From assembly GCA_040772485.1 (NCBI GenBank), contig JAXGYC010000007.1, positions 352,001 through 416,000 on the forward strand: a stretch of 64,000 bases of DNA, written 5' to 3'. The stretch comes from Sedimentisphaerales bacterium. Its GTDB lineage: Bacteria > Planctomycetota > Phycisphaerae > Sedimentisphaerales > Anaerobacaceae. This document shows, one piece after another, positions 8,946 to 19,028 of the stretch; position 1 is the stretch's first letter, and every line of letters begins with the position of its first letter. Under the pieces are notes generated by a model. It was not told where the DNA came from, did not search any database, and saw nothing but the letters and a program-made list of their open reading frames with translations. A program made the position numbers and the translations under genes.

Positions 8946-10229
8946 ATGTTCGCCCGCCAACGTCTGATCTGCATGACCGTGTTCACTGCCGTGCTGATTC
9001 TCGCCTGCTGCGCCGGCGCCCAGGAGGCCAATTACGACGAAGCCAAGGTCCCCAAGTACGCGCTGCCCGATCCGCTGGTCTGTCTGGACGGCACGAAGGT
9101 CACGGACGCAGCGACGTGGTCGCAGAAGCGGCGTTCCGAGATTCTGCGTCTCTTCGAGGAGCACGTCTACGGCCGCTCGCCCGGCCGGCCCGAGCAGATG
9201 ACGTTCATGACGACGTCCCTCAGCAGGAACGCTTTGGCGGGCAAGGCGACGCGCAAGGAGGTCACGGTCTTTTTCAACGGAAGCCGGCAGGACCCCAATA
9301 TGACGATCCTGGTCTACCTGCCGAACGAGCGGAGCGGGCCGGCGCCGCTGTTCGTTGGACTGAACTTCGGCGGCAACCATACCATCCATACCGATCCTGC
9401 CATCACGATCACCAGGAGCTGGACGCGCGACGCCGACTCCAACCACAAGGCAACAGAAGCCGGACGCGGCAAGGCCGCGAGCCGCTGGCCGGTCGAGCGG
9501 ATACTGGAGCGGGGCTACGGCCTGGCCACCATCTACTACGGGGACATCGATCCCGACTTCGACGACGGCTTCCAGAACGGCGTCCACCCTTTGTTCTACA
9601 AGCCGGGTCAGACGCAGCCGGGGCTTGATGAGTGGGGCTCCATCGGCGCCTGGGCCTGGGGCCTCAGCCGCGCGATGGACTACTTCGAGACCGATCCCGA
9701 CATCGACCAGAAGCACGTAGCCGTGATGGGCCATTCCCGACTGGGCAAAACCTCGCTCTGGGCCGGCGCTTCGGACGAGCGTTTCGCGATCGTGATCTCG
9801 AACAACTCCGGCTGCGGCGGAGCCGCGCTATCCCGCCGCGAGTTTGGAGAAACCGTCAAGCGGATCAACACCGTATTCCCCCACTGGTTCTGCGACAACT
9901 TCACCAAGTACAACGATAATGTCAACGCCTGTCCTGTCGATCAGCACATGTTGATCGCGCTGATGGCGCCGCGTCCTGTTTATGTCGCCAGCGCCGAGGA
10001 AGACCGCTGGGCCGACCCGCGAGGCGAATTCCTCGCGGCCAAAGGCGCTGACCCCGTCTACAGACTGCTGGGCAAGGAGGGCCTGCCCGCCGACGAGATG
10101 CCGCAGGTCAGTCATCCCGTGATGGGGACAATCGCGTATCACATCCGCCCTGGTAAACATGACGTCACGGATTACGATTGGGAACGGTACATGGATTCCG
10201 CCGACATGCATTTCAAAGGCACGAAATAG
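8946..10229 (+). CDS. CE15 glucuronoyl esterase-like carbohydrate esterase, secreted
   Basis: Signal peptide; [66 protein letters not shown]. Confidence 0.9.
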   Translation: MFARQRLICMTVFTAVLILACCAGAQEANYDEAKVPKYALPDPLVCLDGTKVTDAATWSQKRRSEILRLFEEHVYGRSPGRPEQMTFMTTSLSRNALAGKATRKEVTVFFNGSRQDPNMTILVYLPNERSGPAPLFVGLNFGGNHTIHTDPAITITRSWTRDADSNHKATEAGRGKAASRWPVERILERGYGLATIYYGDIDPDFDDGFQNGVHPLFYKPGQTQPGLDEWGSIGAWAWGLSRAMDYFETDPDIDQKHVAVMGHSRLGKTSLWAGASDERFAIVISNNSGCGGAALSRREFGETVKRINTVFPHWFCDNFTKYNDNVNACPVDQHMLIALMAPRPVYVASAEEDRWADPRGEFLAAKGADPVYRLLGKEGLPADEMPQVSHPVMGTIAYHIRPGKHDVTDYDWERYMDSADMHFKGTK

Positions 10230-10269
10230 GATCGTGTCCAAGGCCACACGAGGAAGGAGTAACCGTACC

Positions 10270-10575
10270 ATGCAGGAACGAAAGTCATCATCTCTGATTG
10301 TGATCGTCGCGCTCGCGGGGTTGCTCGGCTTCGCCTTAACGCTGCCGGCGCAATCGGGCGCATCGGCGAGCGGCCGGTGGGAGTACCGCGTGCTCGATAC
10401 GAAGGACATGATCATCCATCCGGCGATGACCGACAGCCAGATCGACGAGGCCAAACGGGTCGGCATCACCGCTGCGCGCAACCTCGACAGCGAGTTCGAC
10501 CGGATCGGCGCCGAAGGCTGGGAACTGGTCAGCTTCGCCGATCGCGTCGCGGTGTTCAAACGACCGAGAAACTGA
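10270..10575 (+). CDS. Small exported DUF4177-like protein
   Basis: N-terminal TM/signal; WEYRVL...FDRIGAEGWELVS...VFKRP; AAGGAG RBS. Confidence 0.75.
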   Translation: MQERKSSSLIVIVALAGLLGFALTLPAQSGASASGRWEYRVLDTKDMIIHPAMTDSQIDEAKRVGITAARNLDSEFDRIGAEGWELVSFADRVAVFKRPRN

Positions 10576-10619
10576 CGGCTCTTTCATACGATCGCACGCA
10601 AGGCAAGGAGTTACCAGCG

Positions 10620-11945
10620 GTGAGAACAGAAGCTCATACGCGAAGGTGGGTTCTCTGGCTGTCGGCATTGGCCGTCCTGGGGACATGCGGTCCGTTGCAC
10701 GCCGGCGACGGGACCACGGCATTGGCGGAGAAATACATACCGAGGCTCGAGAAGATCCTCATGGAGAACATCGCGCCGTTCTGGTTCGACAAGAGCCTGG
10801 ATCACGAGCACGGCGGCTACATCATCAACTTCGGTCCCGATGGCCAGGCGCGAGGGTCCGGCACGAAGATGATCGTCAGCCAGGCCCGCACGGTCTGGCT
10901 GTTCTCACGTCTGGCCCGCGCCGGCTATCGACGGGACGAGCATCTGGAGGCGGCCGCACATGGCTATCGGTTCCTGACCGAGAAGATGTGGGACTCCAAG
11001 CACGGTGGATTCTACTGGGAGGTCGACGCCACGGGTGATCGCCAGCTCAAGCCCCGCAAACACCTTTACGGCCAGTCCTTTGCTCTATATGCCGTTTCGG
11101 AGTACTACCTCGCCAGCCGCAGGAGGGAGGCGCTGGACCTTGCGACGGAGTTCTTCCGGCTGCTCGAAGAGAAGGCCCATGACAAGGTCCACGGCGGCTA
11201 CTTCGAATCGTTCGAGCCCGACTGGACGCCCGTGGCAGCGGATGAGGCTTCCTACATGGGCGCGCCGTCCGGCCTGAAACTGATGAACACCCACCTGCAC
11301 CTGATGGAGGCGATGACCACATTCTATCAGGCCAGCCGGCTCCGCCTGGCGCGCGAGCGGCTGATCGAACTGATCGGCGTCGAGAGCAACGCGGTCGTCC
11401 GCAAGACGCTCGGCGCCTGCACGGACAAGTACGATCCGGACTGGACACCACGACTGGACGCCAACTACGCGCGCGTCTCGTATGGGCACGACATCGAGAA
11501 CGTCTGGCTGCTGATGGAGGCGTGCGACGCCGTGGGGCTGTCGAACGGGCCCTATATGGACCTGTACGAAACGTTGTGGGCCTATTCGCTCAAGTATGGC
11601 TATGACGAAGCCAACGGCGGGTTCTACTACACCGGGGACTTCAACCGTCCCGCCGATGACCGCGACAAATCGTGGTGGGTCCAGGCCGAAGCGATCGTCA
11701 GCGCGCTGCGCATGTACCGCGCCACGAAGGACGCCAAATATCTGGCCGCCTTCGAGAAGACCCTCGAGTTGATCGAGAGCAAGATGGTCGATTGGGAGCA
11801 CGGCGAGTGGCACAGCAGCATCACGCCGGACGGAACGGCCCGAGGCGACAAGGCCAATCCCTGGAAAGCCGGCTACCACAACGGACGAGCCATGATCGAG
11901 TGCATCGAAATCCTCCGCACGTGGACGAGACAACAGCAGCAATAG
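10620..11945 (+). CDS. AGE-family epimerase (cellobiose/N-acylglucosamine 2-epimerase-like) with N-terminal signal-like peptide
   Basis: QARTVWLFS, KHLYGQSFALYA, MNTHLHLMEA, SYGHDIE, WWVQAEA, WKAGYHNGR; GTG start with AAGGAG RBS. Confidence 0.88.
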   Translation: MRTEAHTRRWVLWLSALAVLGTCGPLHAGDGTTALAEKYIPRLEKILMENIAPFWFDKSLDHEHGGYIINFGPDGQARGSGTKMIVSQARTVWLFSRLARAGYRRDEHLEAAAHGYRFLTEKMWDSKHGGFYWEVDATGDRQLKPRKHLYGQSFALYAVSEYYLASRRREALDLATEFFRLLEEKAHDKVHGGYFESFEPDWTPVAADEASYMGAPSGLKLMNTHLHLMEAMTTFYQASRLRLARERLIELIGVESNAVVRKTLGACTDKYDPDWTPRLDANYARVSYGHDIENVWLLMEACDAVGLSNGPYMDLYETLWAYSLKYGYDEANGGFYYTGDFNRPADDRDKSWWVQAEAIVSALRMYRATKDAKYLAAFEKTLELIESKMVDWEHGEWHSSITPDGTARGDKANPWKAGYHNGRAMIECIEILRTWTRQQQQ

Positions 11946-11983
11946 GATGGGCTTTGGCCCATGCGGCTGATCGCACGGCAGCG

Positions 11984-12946
11984 TCACTCGATGCGTTTGC
12001 GGTAGAGGCGGGTCTGGAGAGGGCCCTGGAACGCCGTCCAGTTGGCGTCGCTGACTTCTCCTTCGATCGCCGCGTGGACTTGGTCCATCTTGGCATCGAG
12101 GTCGTCGATGTAGTACACCATGAAGGCCTCGGCCGTGGCGGGCAGCTTGGGCGAGCCGAATTCGTACTGCCCGTGGTGCGAGAGAATGATGTGCCCCAGG
12201 GCATCGAGCACTTCCGGACTGACCGCCACGCCCTCGCTTCGCAATTTGTCCGCTTTGCGATGGATCATCAGCAGTGTCTTGTTGATGTGCCCGATGAGCT
12301 GACCTGAGTCGGTATATGAGAACGCCATGTCGTAGGATAGCTCTTCGGTTTTTCCCATGTCGTGCAGGAAGACGCCGGCCAGCACCAGGTCGCGCTGGAC
12401 ATGGGGATAGAGCGGCAGGATCGCCCGGGCCACGCGCAGCATGTTGTGCGTATGCTCCAGTAGGCCGCCGATGCAACCGTGGTGCATCTTCATGCCGCCC
12501 GGCGCCGCGCAGAAGCTGTCCATCATCTCCTTGTCAGCCAGGAACGCCCCGGTTAGCGCCTTGAGATCCGCGTTCTGGATCTCGCCGACGATCTGCTGAA
12601 CCTCGGCGAACATCTTCGTCACGTCGCCCGTCGTGCGAGGCAGAAAATCCTCGACGGTGACCTTGCTCGGGTCGATCGGCGTGATCGTGTTGATCACGAT
12701 TTGCAGGTTGTTCTGATACAGCTCACTGCGTCCCTTGACGTGGACGAAGCCGGGCTTGGGCAGCGACTTATAGACCAGCTCGCTGGCCTGCCACATGCGG
12801 CCGTTCAGTTGGCCGGTTCGATCGCACAAGAACATCGCAATGTACAGATCGCCTTTCGTCGTGCTCCGCAAGATCGGGTCGCGAACCAGATAGATATCGT
12901 TGATCGGCTCGGCCGGCCCGATCTCGTTGATGAACTTGTGCGCCAT
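11984..12946 (-). CDS. yhaM: 3'-5' exoribonuclease YhaM/Cbf1 family (OB-fold + HD)
   Basis: DRTGQLNGRMW OB-fold; HHGCIGGLLEHT, LHDMGK, ILSHHG, IDDLDAK. Confidence 0.88.
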   Translation of the reverse strand: MAHKFINEIGPAEPINDIYLVRDPILRSTTKGDLYIAMFLCDRTGQLNGRMWQASELVYKSLPKPGFVHVKGRSELYQNNLQIVINTITPIDPSKVTVEDFLPRTTGDVTKMFAEVQQIVGEIQNADLKALTGAFLADKEMMDSFCAAPGGMKMHHGCIGGLLEHTHNMLRVARAILPLYPHVQRDLVLAGVFLHDMGKTEELSYDMAFSYTDSGQLIGHINKTLLMIHRKADKLRSEGVAVSPEVLDALGHIILSHHGQYEFGSPKLPATAEAFMVYYIDDLDAKMDQVHAAIEGEVSDANWTAFQGPLQTRLYRKRIE

Positions 12947-13087
12947 GATCGACTCCCAATGGGGTTGCCCTTCTCGGATTTCGGGCCATCATAGTGGGTC
13001 CGGAGTCATTCCGCAAGGGGAACGTGAAACACATGGAAAACACATCCGGCCTCCCGTATCCACAACCCCCGGGGCCGGCGGCATCGT

Positions 13088-13882
13088 CTATCCTTGGCGG
13101 CCGCCCGTCCAGGCCACGAGGAGGACCGTCACATTGTCGCTGCCTCCGGCCCGATTGGCCTCATCGACAAGAGTCCTGCACGCCAACTCCGGCTGCGTAT
13201 GCGTCGCGAGCACCTCTGCGACGGCCTCATCGCTCACCATATCGGTCAGGCCGTCCGTGCAGAGCAGGAACCGGTCTCCCGGCTGCAGGGCCGCCGACCG
13301 GACGTGAGGCTCGACCGCCTCCGGCATGCCCATGTACTGCGTGACGACGCCCTGGGCACTGTGGTTGACCGCTTCGTCGGGCGTGATCTGCCCGGCGTCA
13401 ATCAGCTCCGACACCAGCGAATGGTCCTCGCTGAACTGCTGGAGCCGCCCGTTGCGCAAACGGTAGATTCGGCTGTCGCCCACGTTGGCGGTATAGACGC
13501 GGTCCCCGGAGAACAGAAGCAGGACCAGCGTCGTCCCCATCCCGACGTAGCCGCTCTCGCTGTCACCCTCGCGCCGGACGTGATGACTCTGATCGAGTAT
13601 CTTCTCTCGGAGCAGCCGGCGGATCGACCGGTCGTTACGGGTCTTCAGACGGTCCAGACCCAGCTCGACGGCGGGCGGCAGGTCCTGGGCGACGGTCCCG
13701 GCCGCGATCGCCCCACCCCGATGGCCTCCCATCCCATCGACCACAAGGAACAGCCCCGCCTCAGGCTCGGCCACGAAGGCATCCTGATTGTCCTCGCGCA
13801 GCTTGCCGACATCGGTTGCGGCCGCCCATCTGAAGCAAGGCGACACGCCAGCCGCAGCATCAGAACGCTCAATCATCGTCAC
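13088..13882 (-). CDS. PP2C/Stp1-type Ser/Thr protein phosphatase
   Basis: TDVGKLREDNQD, VVDGMGGH, GMGTT, NVGDSRIY, LLCTDGLTD, GGSDNVT. Confidence 0.93.
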   Translation of the reverse strand: MTMIERSDAAAGVSPCFRWAAATDVGKLREDNQDAFVAEPEAGLFLVVDGMGGHRGGAIAAGTVAQDLPPAVELGLDRLKTRNDRSIRRLLREKILDQSHHVRREGDSESGYVGMGTTLVLLLFSGDRVYTANVGDSRIYRLRNGRLQQFSEDHSLVSELIDAGQITPDEAVNHSAQGVVTQYMGMPEAVEPHVRSAALQPGDRFLLCTDGLTDMVSDEAVAEVLATHTQPELACRTLVDEANRAGGSDNVTVLLVAWTGGRQG

Positions 13883-13895
13883 CCTGGTGCCCTGC

Positions 13896-15218
13896 CTACT
13901 CGATCAGACATTGCTTACACCATGGGCAGTAGTTCCAGAACTCCGAATCCACCGACCATTTGCATCGCCCGCAGACCTCGCCGAACGGCCGGACCCGCCA
14001 CGGCTTGCGAACCTTTCGCCGACACCACGGGCAGTACCGCATGAATCGCATCAACCCGCCGCCGCAGTGAGCACAGTGCGAGTGGTAGCGAACGCCCCGG
14101 GTGGGCGTTTCACTCGGCGACTTGAAGCCCGGACCATAGCACCAGGGACAGAACCGCCACTCCGGCAGCACCCCCTTGCGGCACCGCGGGCAGAGGTGGC
14201 TGAATGCAGTGCTCACCTCGAACCGGTTCCGTTCGCTGCCACACCAGGGACAGAGCGCCATGCTCTCGGCGATCGGTTCGCCGCAGTCGACGCAACGAAA
14301 CGACGCTGACAGAACCCTGTCGTATCGCTTCAGGAAAGCCCCCCGCCGCACCTTGTGCCAGTCCGCCTTGCGCCGCTCATGGCCCCTGGCGCCGATGCCC
14401 AGCCGAAGGCCCTTGGGCATCGCCTCGACCAACGCCGCACGCATCTCCGCCGCGTCGGGGAACCGCTTCTGGGGATCGATTGCCAGCGCGCGTTTGAGAA
14501 ACACCAGCATCGCCTGACTGGTCCGGTCGCGCAGACGCTGGTACCCTCGAGGCGGCCAGCGGAAGGGCCATCGCGGCAGCACGCCTGTCAGATACTCGTA
14601 TAGAATCAGCGCGACCGCAAAGCAATCGCTCTGGTACGTCGGCTTGCCGTAGGCCTGTTCGGGCGCGACGTAGCCCGGTGTGCCGAAATCGTCCACCGTC
14701 GCCATGCGACCCTTGACCCTGAGGCTGATCCCGAAATCACCCAGTGCCACCCGTCCGTCGGGAAACAGAAAGATGTTGTTGGGCGTGACGTCGCAGTGCA
14801 CCACCCGATGCCGATGGGCGTACGCCAGCCCGTCGAGCACCTGGAGCACGATCGAGAGGATTCGTTTGACCGACATCGGCCGCGAGCGATCCTCCAGCGT
14901 ACCGACCGACAGCTCGGTGGCCAGGACCGCATACCCGTCGATGACATCGGCGTTCTTGATCGGCATGATGTGCGGGTGCCGCAGCTTGGCGACCAGCCGT
15001 ACCTCGCGAAATAGTTGTTCGCTGTCCCGCTCGCCCCGGACACCTACGAGTGGGATCTTCAGCGCCACACGGATGTCCTCAACGGTATCGCGGGCCCGCC
15101 AGACCTCGCAACTGCCGCCGGCGCCCAGGTGGGCCTCCAGGCGGTACTTGCCCAGCCGCCGGCCGACGGCCAGCGGAGCCTTCCTGCCGCTCAGAGATAG
15201 TTCATGTGTCTGGGCCAA
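13896..15218 (-). CDS. Hanks-type Ser/Thr kinase with four C-terminal zinc ribbons
   Basis: LGAGGSCEV, VALKI, HCDVTPNN, LGDFG, GTPGYVAPE; eight CxxC pairs at the C-terminus; TTG start chosen from AGGAG 7 nt upstream. Confidence 0.88.
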   Translation of the reverse strand: MAQTHELSLSGRKAPLAVGRRLGKYRLEAHLGAGGSCEVWRARDTVEDIRVALKIPLVGVRGERDSEQLFREVRLVAKLRHPHIMPIKNADVIDGYAVLATELSVGTLEDRSRPMSVKRILSIVLQVLDGLAYAHRHRVVHCDVTPNNIFLFPDGRVALGDFGISLRVKGRMATVDDFGTPGYVAPEQAYGKPTYQSDCFAVALILYEYLTGVLPRWPFRWPPRGYQRLRDRTSQAMLVFLKRALAIDPQKRFPDAAEMRAALVEAMPKGLRLGIGARGHERRKADWHKVRRGAFLKRYDRVLSASFRCVDCGEPIAESMALCPWCGSERNRFEVSTAFSHLCPRCRKGVLPEWRFCPWCYGPGFKSPSETPTRGVRYHSHCAHCGGGLMRFMRYCPWCRRKVRKPWRVRPFGEVCGRCKWSVDSEFWNYCPWCKQCLIE

Positions 15219-15524
15219 TGCGTTGCTCCTGCCGCCCGATCCCGCGAGCCAGCCCCTATTTGGATGGGGCCTTCCCGGCGCGCCGCCGGCGGCCACGCCA
15301 TTCTATCGCTCCCGAACGCCCGCGCAAAGACCGTCATAAAATGGCGAGAGGAGTCCGCTCGCTCGTCGCTGGCGCCTCGTGAAGCGCAGTGGGTACTGCC
15401 TCGCGCGTGAAATCCCATCCAGCCTGCTGTTTCCGGCCGCCAGCCTGGCCAAGATTGGCTTTGATCGGCGCGTTCAAGGGCAAAGCAAACCCATCGTGGC
15501 TGGACATGGCGCACATTCCAGGTC

Positions 15525-18500
15525 CTACGGCCCCTCCCAGCGCAGGCGGGGATAGTCCTGCTCCTCGCGAATCGTCCAGACCGTATCGAAGTCCCAGCCG
15601 ACAAAACTGCTCTGCTGCCGCATCTGCTCACCGGTCAAGCCTGAACCATACGCGTTGCTGACGCCCCTACTGGCAGTGCGGGCGAGAAAATAGCAGTTCT
15701 GCGTCAGAGGCTGGACCTTGGTCTCGACGCCCAGCAATCCGCCCACATCGGATGACTCCTCGCCGGGATCAACCACTCCGGCGGCAAAACACTGGGCGAT
15801 CTTGCCTTGCGATGGGAACAAGTCGCCCTCGCTGGCGATCCCCACGAGGCCACCGACCCCACCGCTCTCTCGCCCCGTCGTCACCTGGGCGACAGCGTAA
15901 CAGCCGGAAACCTCTGTCCAGAAATGGACTTCACCGATCAATCCACCAATGGCACGAGCTTCCTCTCCAGCACGGATATTTCCAGATGCAAAACAGCGCC
16001 TGACTTGGCCTGCCAGCGAGAAACCGACCAAGCCTCCTATATGGTAGGCGCGTGGTCCGCCCAGGATGTCACAGCGTGTGTGGCAGTCTGTGATCTGACC
16101 GGCTTCCACATCTCCCACCAACCCGCCAATGGCGCGGCTCTTTACTCCAGCAGAGACCTTGCCTGTGGCGTGACAGTTAAAAATCGTGCCATCGCTCACT
16201 CCCGCCAGGGTCCCGACGTACCACGCCTTCTCGTCGGCGGCGACATATACATCGCTCAGAGTGAGATTGAGCACCTTTGCCTGCGAGCCGAGGATTCCGA
16301 ACAGCCCCAAGTGGTTCCCGCCCTGGATCGCCAGGTTGGATATGGCATGTCCCGCACCATCGAACGAACCGGTGAAGGTCGGAATAGGCGGCTGCGTCCA
16401 CGTGATTCCTGCCAGATCAATATCATTGACGAGTCGGTAGCATCCCAGGCGATTGTGGTGATTGATCGCAACCAGATCCTCAGGGCTTGCTATCCGGTAT
16501 GGCTCTTCGAGTGTTCCTTGGCCGCTCAAAGAGCGAGGGCTATACCCCTTGTCGAACCTCGCCAGGATGGGGTATCCGCCCTTCTCCGGCATCCGCCAGA
16601 CATCAGCCAGACCGTTCCGCCGCTCATCCACGAAATCCCACCCCGCATCCAGAAATGTCTGCCGGTCGTGCATCTCCGCAGTAGGCAGGCCCCTGCCGGC
16701 ATCGCTCTCCGTCAGGCCGCTGACCTGCATATCCCAGAAGCAGCGGTTGACTCCTTCCGCTCTCGCTTCCACCAAGCCACTGATATCGTCACACCCTTCC
16801 TCGGCGAGTATCTTGCCCGCCGCGTAACAGCCGACGATGGTACACATGTAGTTATACCCCGTCAGACCACCAATATTCTCGGTGCCGGAGGCGGCAGATA
16901 TCTCGACGCGCGCGTAACAATCTCGGATCGACCCCATGCGAGTGTCTCCGACCAGTCCGCCCAGAAAGAGGCTGTTGCGCCCGGCAGAGATACTCCCCGT
17001 GACATAGCAGTTGCTGATATGACCACCGCTCGACCCGGCCAACCCCCCAATCCCTCTGAGGCCGTCCGGCCCCACTATGGACACACGCTCAACTCCGAGG
17101 TCGCGAACCCAGGCCCCGCCACTGATGCATCCAAAGAGCCCCAGGTCACCTGGCATAGTGCTGCGAATGGAGAGGTTCGTGATCCGGTGGCCATCGCCGT
17201 CAAACCCTCCGGTGAATTCCGGTATAGGGGCGTTGCCCCACATGATGCCCGAGAGGTCGATATCCGACGTCAGCTTGTAGTAGGCCGGTTTCGTTTCCTC
17301 GATCGCGCTGAGGTCCTCGACCCGCGCAATCCTGTACGGATCCTGCGGTGTGCCCGACCCGGCCAATCTGTGCGGCACGTGGGTCTTTGAGAATACGGCC
17401 AGTTGCGGATATCCTCCGCCTTCGGGCATCTGCCAGATATCTGCCGTCCCATCCGAACTGTCCCCCGCAAAGTCCCAGCCGGCATCTCTGTACGTCTGGA
17501 TGTTCTGCATCTGAGACGTGGCCAATCCCCGACCGGCTGCGCTGGTTTGTGCGCCACTCGTGTCGACATCCCAGAAGCAGTTGGAGACGGCAATGAAGTC
17601 AGGACTGGGCGTCTCTCCTATGAGTCCACCAGGACCTTTGCCTGCTCCCTCTCCCGTGAGCCTTCCGACCGCGTAACAGTTGGTGATCACTCCGTGCATT
17701 GCATCACCCGAGCCCACGAGGCCGCCGATGGACCAACCGCCAATTCCGCCGGCGACGCTGCCCGTGGCATAACAATCCGTTATGACGTCGCCAGAGGACA
17801 TACCGACCAGTCCACCGAGATCCTTGGAATGGTCGGCAGCAAGGACATACCCCGAGGCGTAGCAACCCCTGACTGTTCCCCCCGTTATCTGGCCGATGAG
17901 CCCACCAACACAGTTGCTCTCGGTTCCGCTCGAGACGTCGCCCGTCGCGTAACACCTCGAAACGATACCATCGAGCGTGTCGAAATCTCCAATTAGACCA
18001 CCGAGACTCCAACTCTTTGGTCCCGCCGAGACGTGTCCCGTTGCGTGGCAGTCGTGAATCACAGCGTCCATCATGGACATTCCCACCAGCCCCCCCAGGG
18101 AGAAACTCCGCTCTCCCCCGACGACATTCGCAGCGGAATGCGAGTGAAGGACTCGACCACCAGTCTGCCCCACCAGGCCACCCAACATCATCTCACCCGT
18201 GATGACCCCGTCTGAACGACAGTTGACAATCTCTCCCATGTTCCATCCGGCAAGCCCGCCGGCGCGTTCGCCACCTGCGATAGAGACATCCTCCAGAGCC
18301 AGATCGAATATCCTGCTGGTCTCGCCCACCCGGCCGAAGAGCCCCAACCATGTCGCCGCCTCGGCCCGAATGGTGAGGTTGCGGATCTTGTGGTGAGCCC
18401 CATCGAAGCTACCGGCAAAGTCTATTCGGTCGTTGCCCCCCTCGTTCCTCATATCGGGTGCGATCACGGCGCGGTCGAAGATGCGGCGGCCGGGCAGATT

Positions 18501-18722
18501 CGGGTCGAGGTCGAGGTCGTTGACGAGGACATAGTGCTTGTCCAACAGGTTCGGATCGGCACCGATGGCAAGCAGTTGTTCAACGGTGGCGATACGGTAC
18601 GGATCGTTCGGCTCGCCCCAGCCGCCGGCAAACCCGGCTCGGAGACTCCGCGGGCCAACAAGCAAGAAGGCAAACGCAACTCCCAGACACCAAATGTGAT
18701 AGACACGAGACCGGTCTGTCAT
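15525..18722 (-). CDS. Large secreted GLUG-motif repeat protein with three tandem modules
   Basis: Signal peptide; three GxGxxxDPYRIA...FxGxFDGxxHxIxNL modules; many GGLVG/GGLIG repeats; ends WDF...YPRLRWE. Confidence 0.88.
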   Translation of the reverse strand: MTDRSRVYHIWCLGVAFAFLLVGPRSLRAGFAGGWGEPNDPYRIATVEQLLAIGADPNLLDKHYVLVNDLDLDPNLPGRRIFDRAVIAPDMRNEGGNDRIDFAGSFDGAHHKIRNLTIRAEAATWLGLFGRVGETSRIFDLALEDVSIAGGERAGGLAGWNMGEIVNCRSDGVITGEMMLGGLVGQTGGRVLHSHSAANVVGGERSFSLGGLVGMSMMDAVIHDCHATGHVSAGPKSWSLGGLIGDFDTLDGIVSRCYATGDVSSGTESNCVGGLIGQITGGTVRGCYASGYVLAADHSKDLGGLVGMSSGDVITDCYATGSVAGGIGGWSIGGLVGSGDAMHGVITNCYAVGRLTGEGAGKGPGGLIGETPSPDFIAVSNCFWDVDTSGAQTSAAGRGLATSQMQNIQTYRDAGWDFAGDSSDGTADIWQMPEGGGYPQLAVFSKTHVPHRLAGSGTPQDPYRIARVEDLSAIEETKPAYYKLTSDIDLSGIMWGNAPIPEFTGGFDGDGHRITNLSIRSTMPGDLGLFGCISGGAWVRDLGVERVSIVGPDGLRGIGGLAGSSGGHISNCYVTGSISAGRNSLFLGGLVGDTRMGSIRDCYARVEISAASGTENIGGLTGYNYMCTIVGCYAAGKILAEEGCDDISGLVEARAEGVNRCFWDMQVSGLTESDAGRGLPTAEMHDRQTFLDAGWDFVDERRNGLADVWRMPEKGGYPILARFDKGYSPRSLSGQGTLEEPYRIASPEDLVAINHHNRLGCYRLVNDIDLAGITWTQPPIPTFTGSFDGAGHAISNLAIQGGNHLGLFGILGSQAKVLNLTLSDVYVAADEKAWYVGTLAGVSDGTIFNCHATGKVSAGVKSRAIGGLVGDVEAGQITDCHTRCDILGGPRAYHIGGLVGFSLAGQVRRCFASGNIRAGEEARAIGGLIGEVHFWTEVSGCYAVAQVTTGRESGGVGGLVGIASEGDLFPSQGKIAQCFAAGVVDPGEESSDVGGLLGVETKVQPLTQNCYFLARTASRGVSNAYGSGLTGEQMRQQSSFVGWDFDTVWTIREEQDYPRLRWEGP

Positions 18723-18906
18723 AGGATTTCCCTCCGCAGTTTTCGTCCACAATCCACGCGTCTCCATCTCGGCACCCAGTATAGCCCCACCAAGCCGAAA
18801 TGACAACACCCATTCGTCGCGCGTCCGAAAGCCGCAGCAGACACGGCACCGCCCGATCAGCATGCACGCATGACACCGATGGAAACCCATAGACAGTGAA
18901 ATTGCC

Positions 18907-18935
18907 TTGAATTACGCAGGGTCTTGGGCTATAAA
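18907..18935 (+). promoter_or_regulatory. Sigma70-type promoter of proS
   Basis: TTGAAT-N17-TATAAA. Confidence 0.6.
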
Positions 18936-18946
18936 TAGTGGTTCTT

Positions 18947-19001
18947 GTACGGGCGAACGATGATTCGCTCCCTGTACGGGCGAATGGTGATTCGCCCCTA
19001 C
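18947..19001. repeat. Tandem REP family 1 doublet in the proS 5' leader
   Basis: GTACGGGCGAACGATGATTCGCTCCCT-GTACGGGCGAATGGTGATTCGCCCCTAC. Confidence 0.8.
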
Positions 19002-19028
19002 CTACGGTGTGTTTGAGGCGTGGAGTCC

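Noticed and set aside
15219..15296. Longer kinase N-terminus from the ORF track
   Set aside because: A TAGAAT -10-like box at 15300-15305 and an AGGAG RBS before TTG at 15218 favour the shorter start
5453..19001. CRISPR array from the repeated palindromes
   Set aside because: Copies are dispersed or doublets without regular unique spacers; no cas genes
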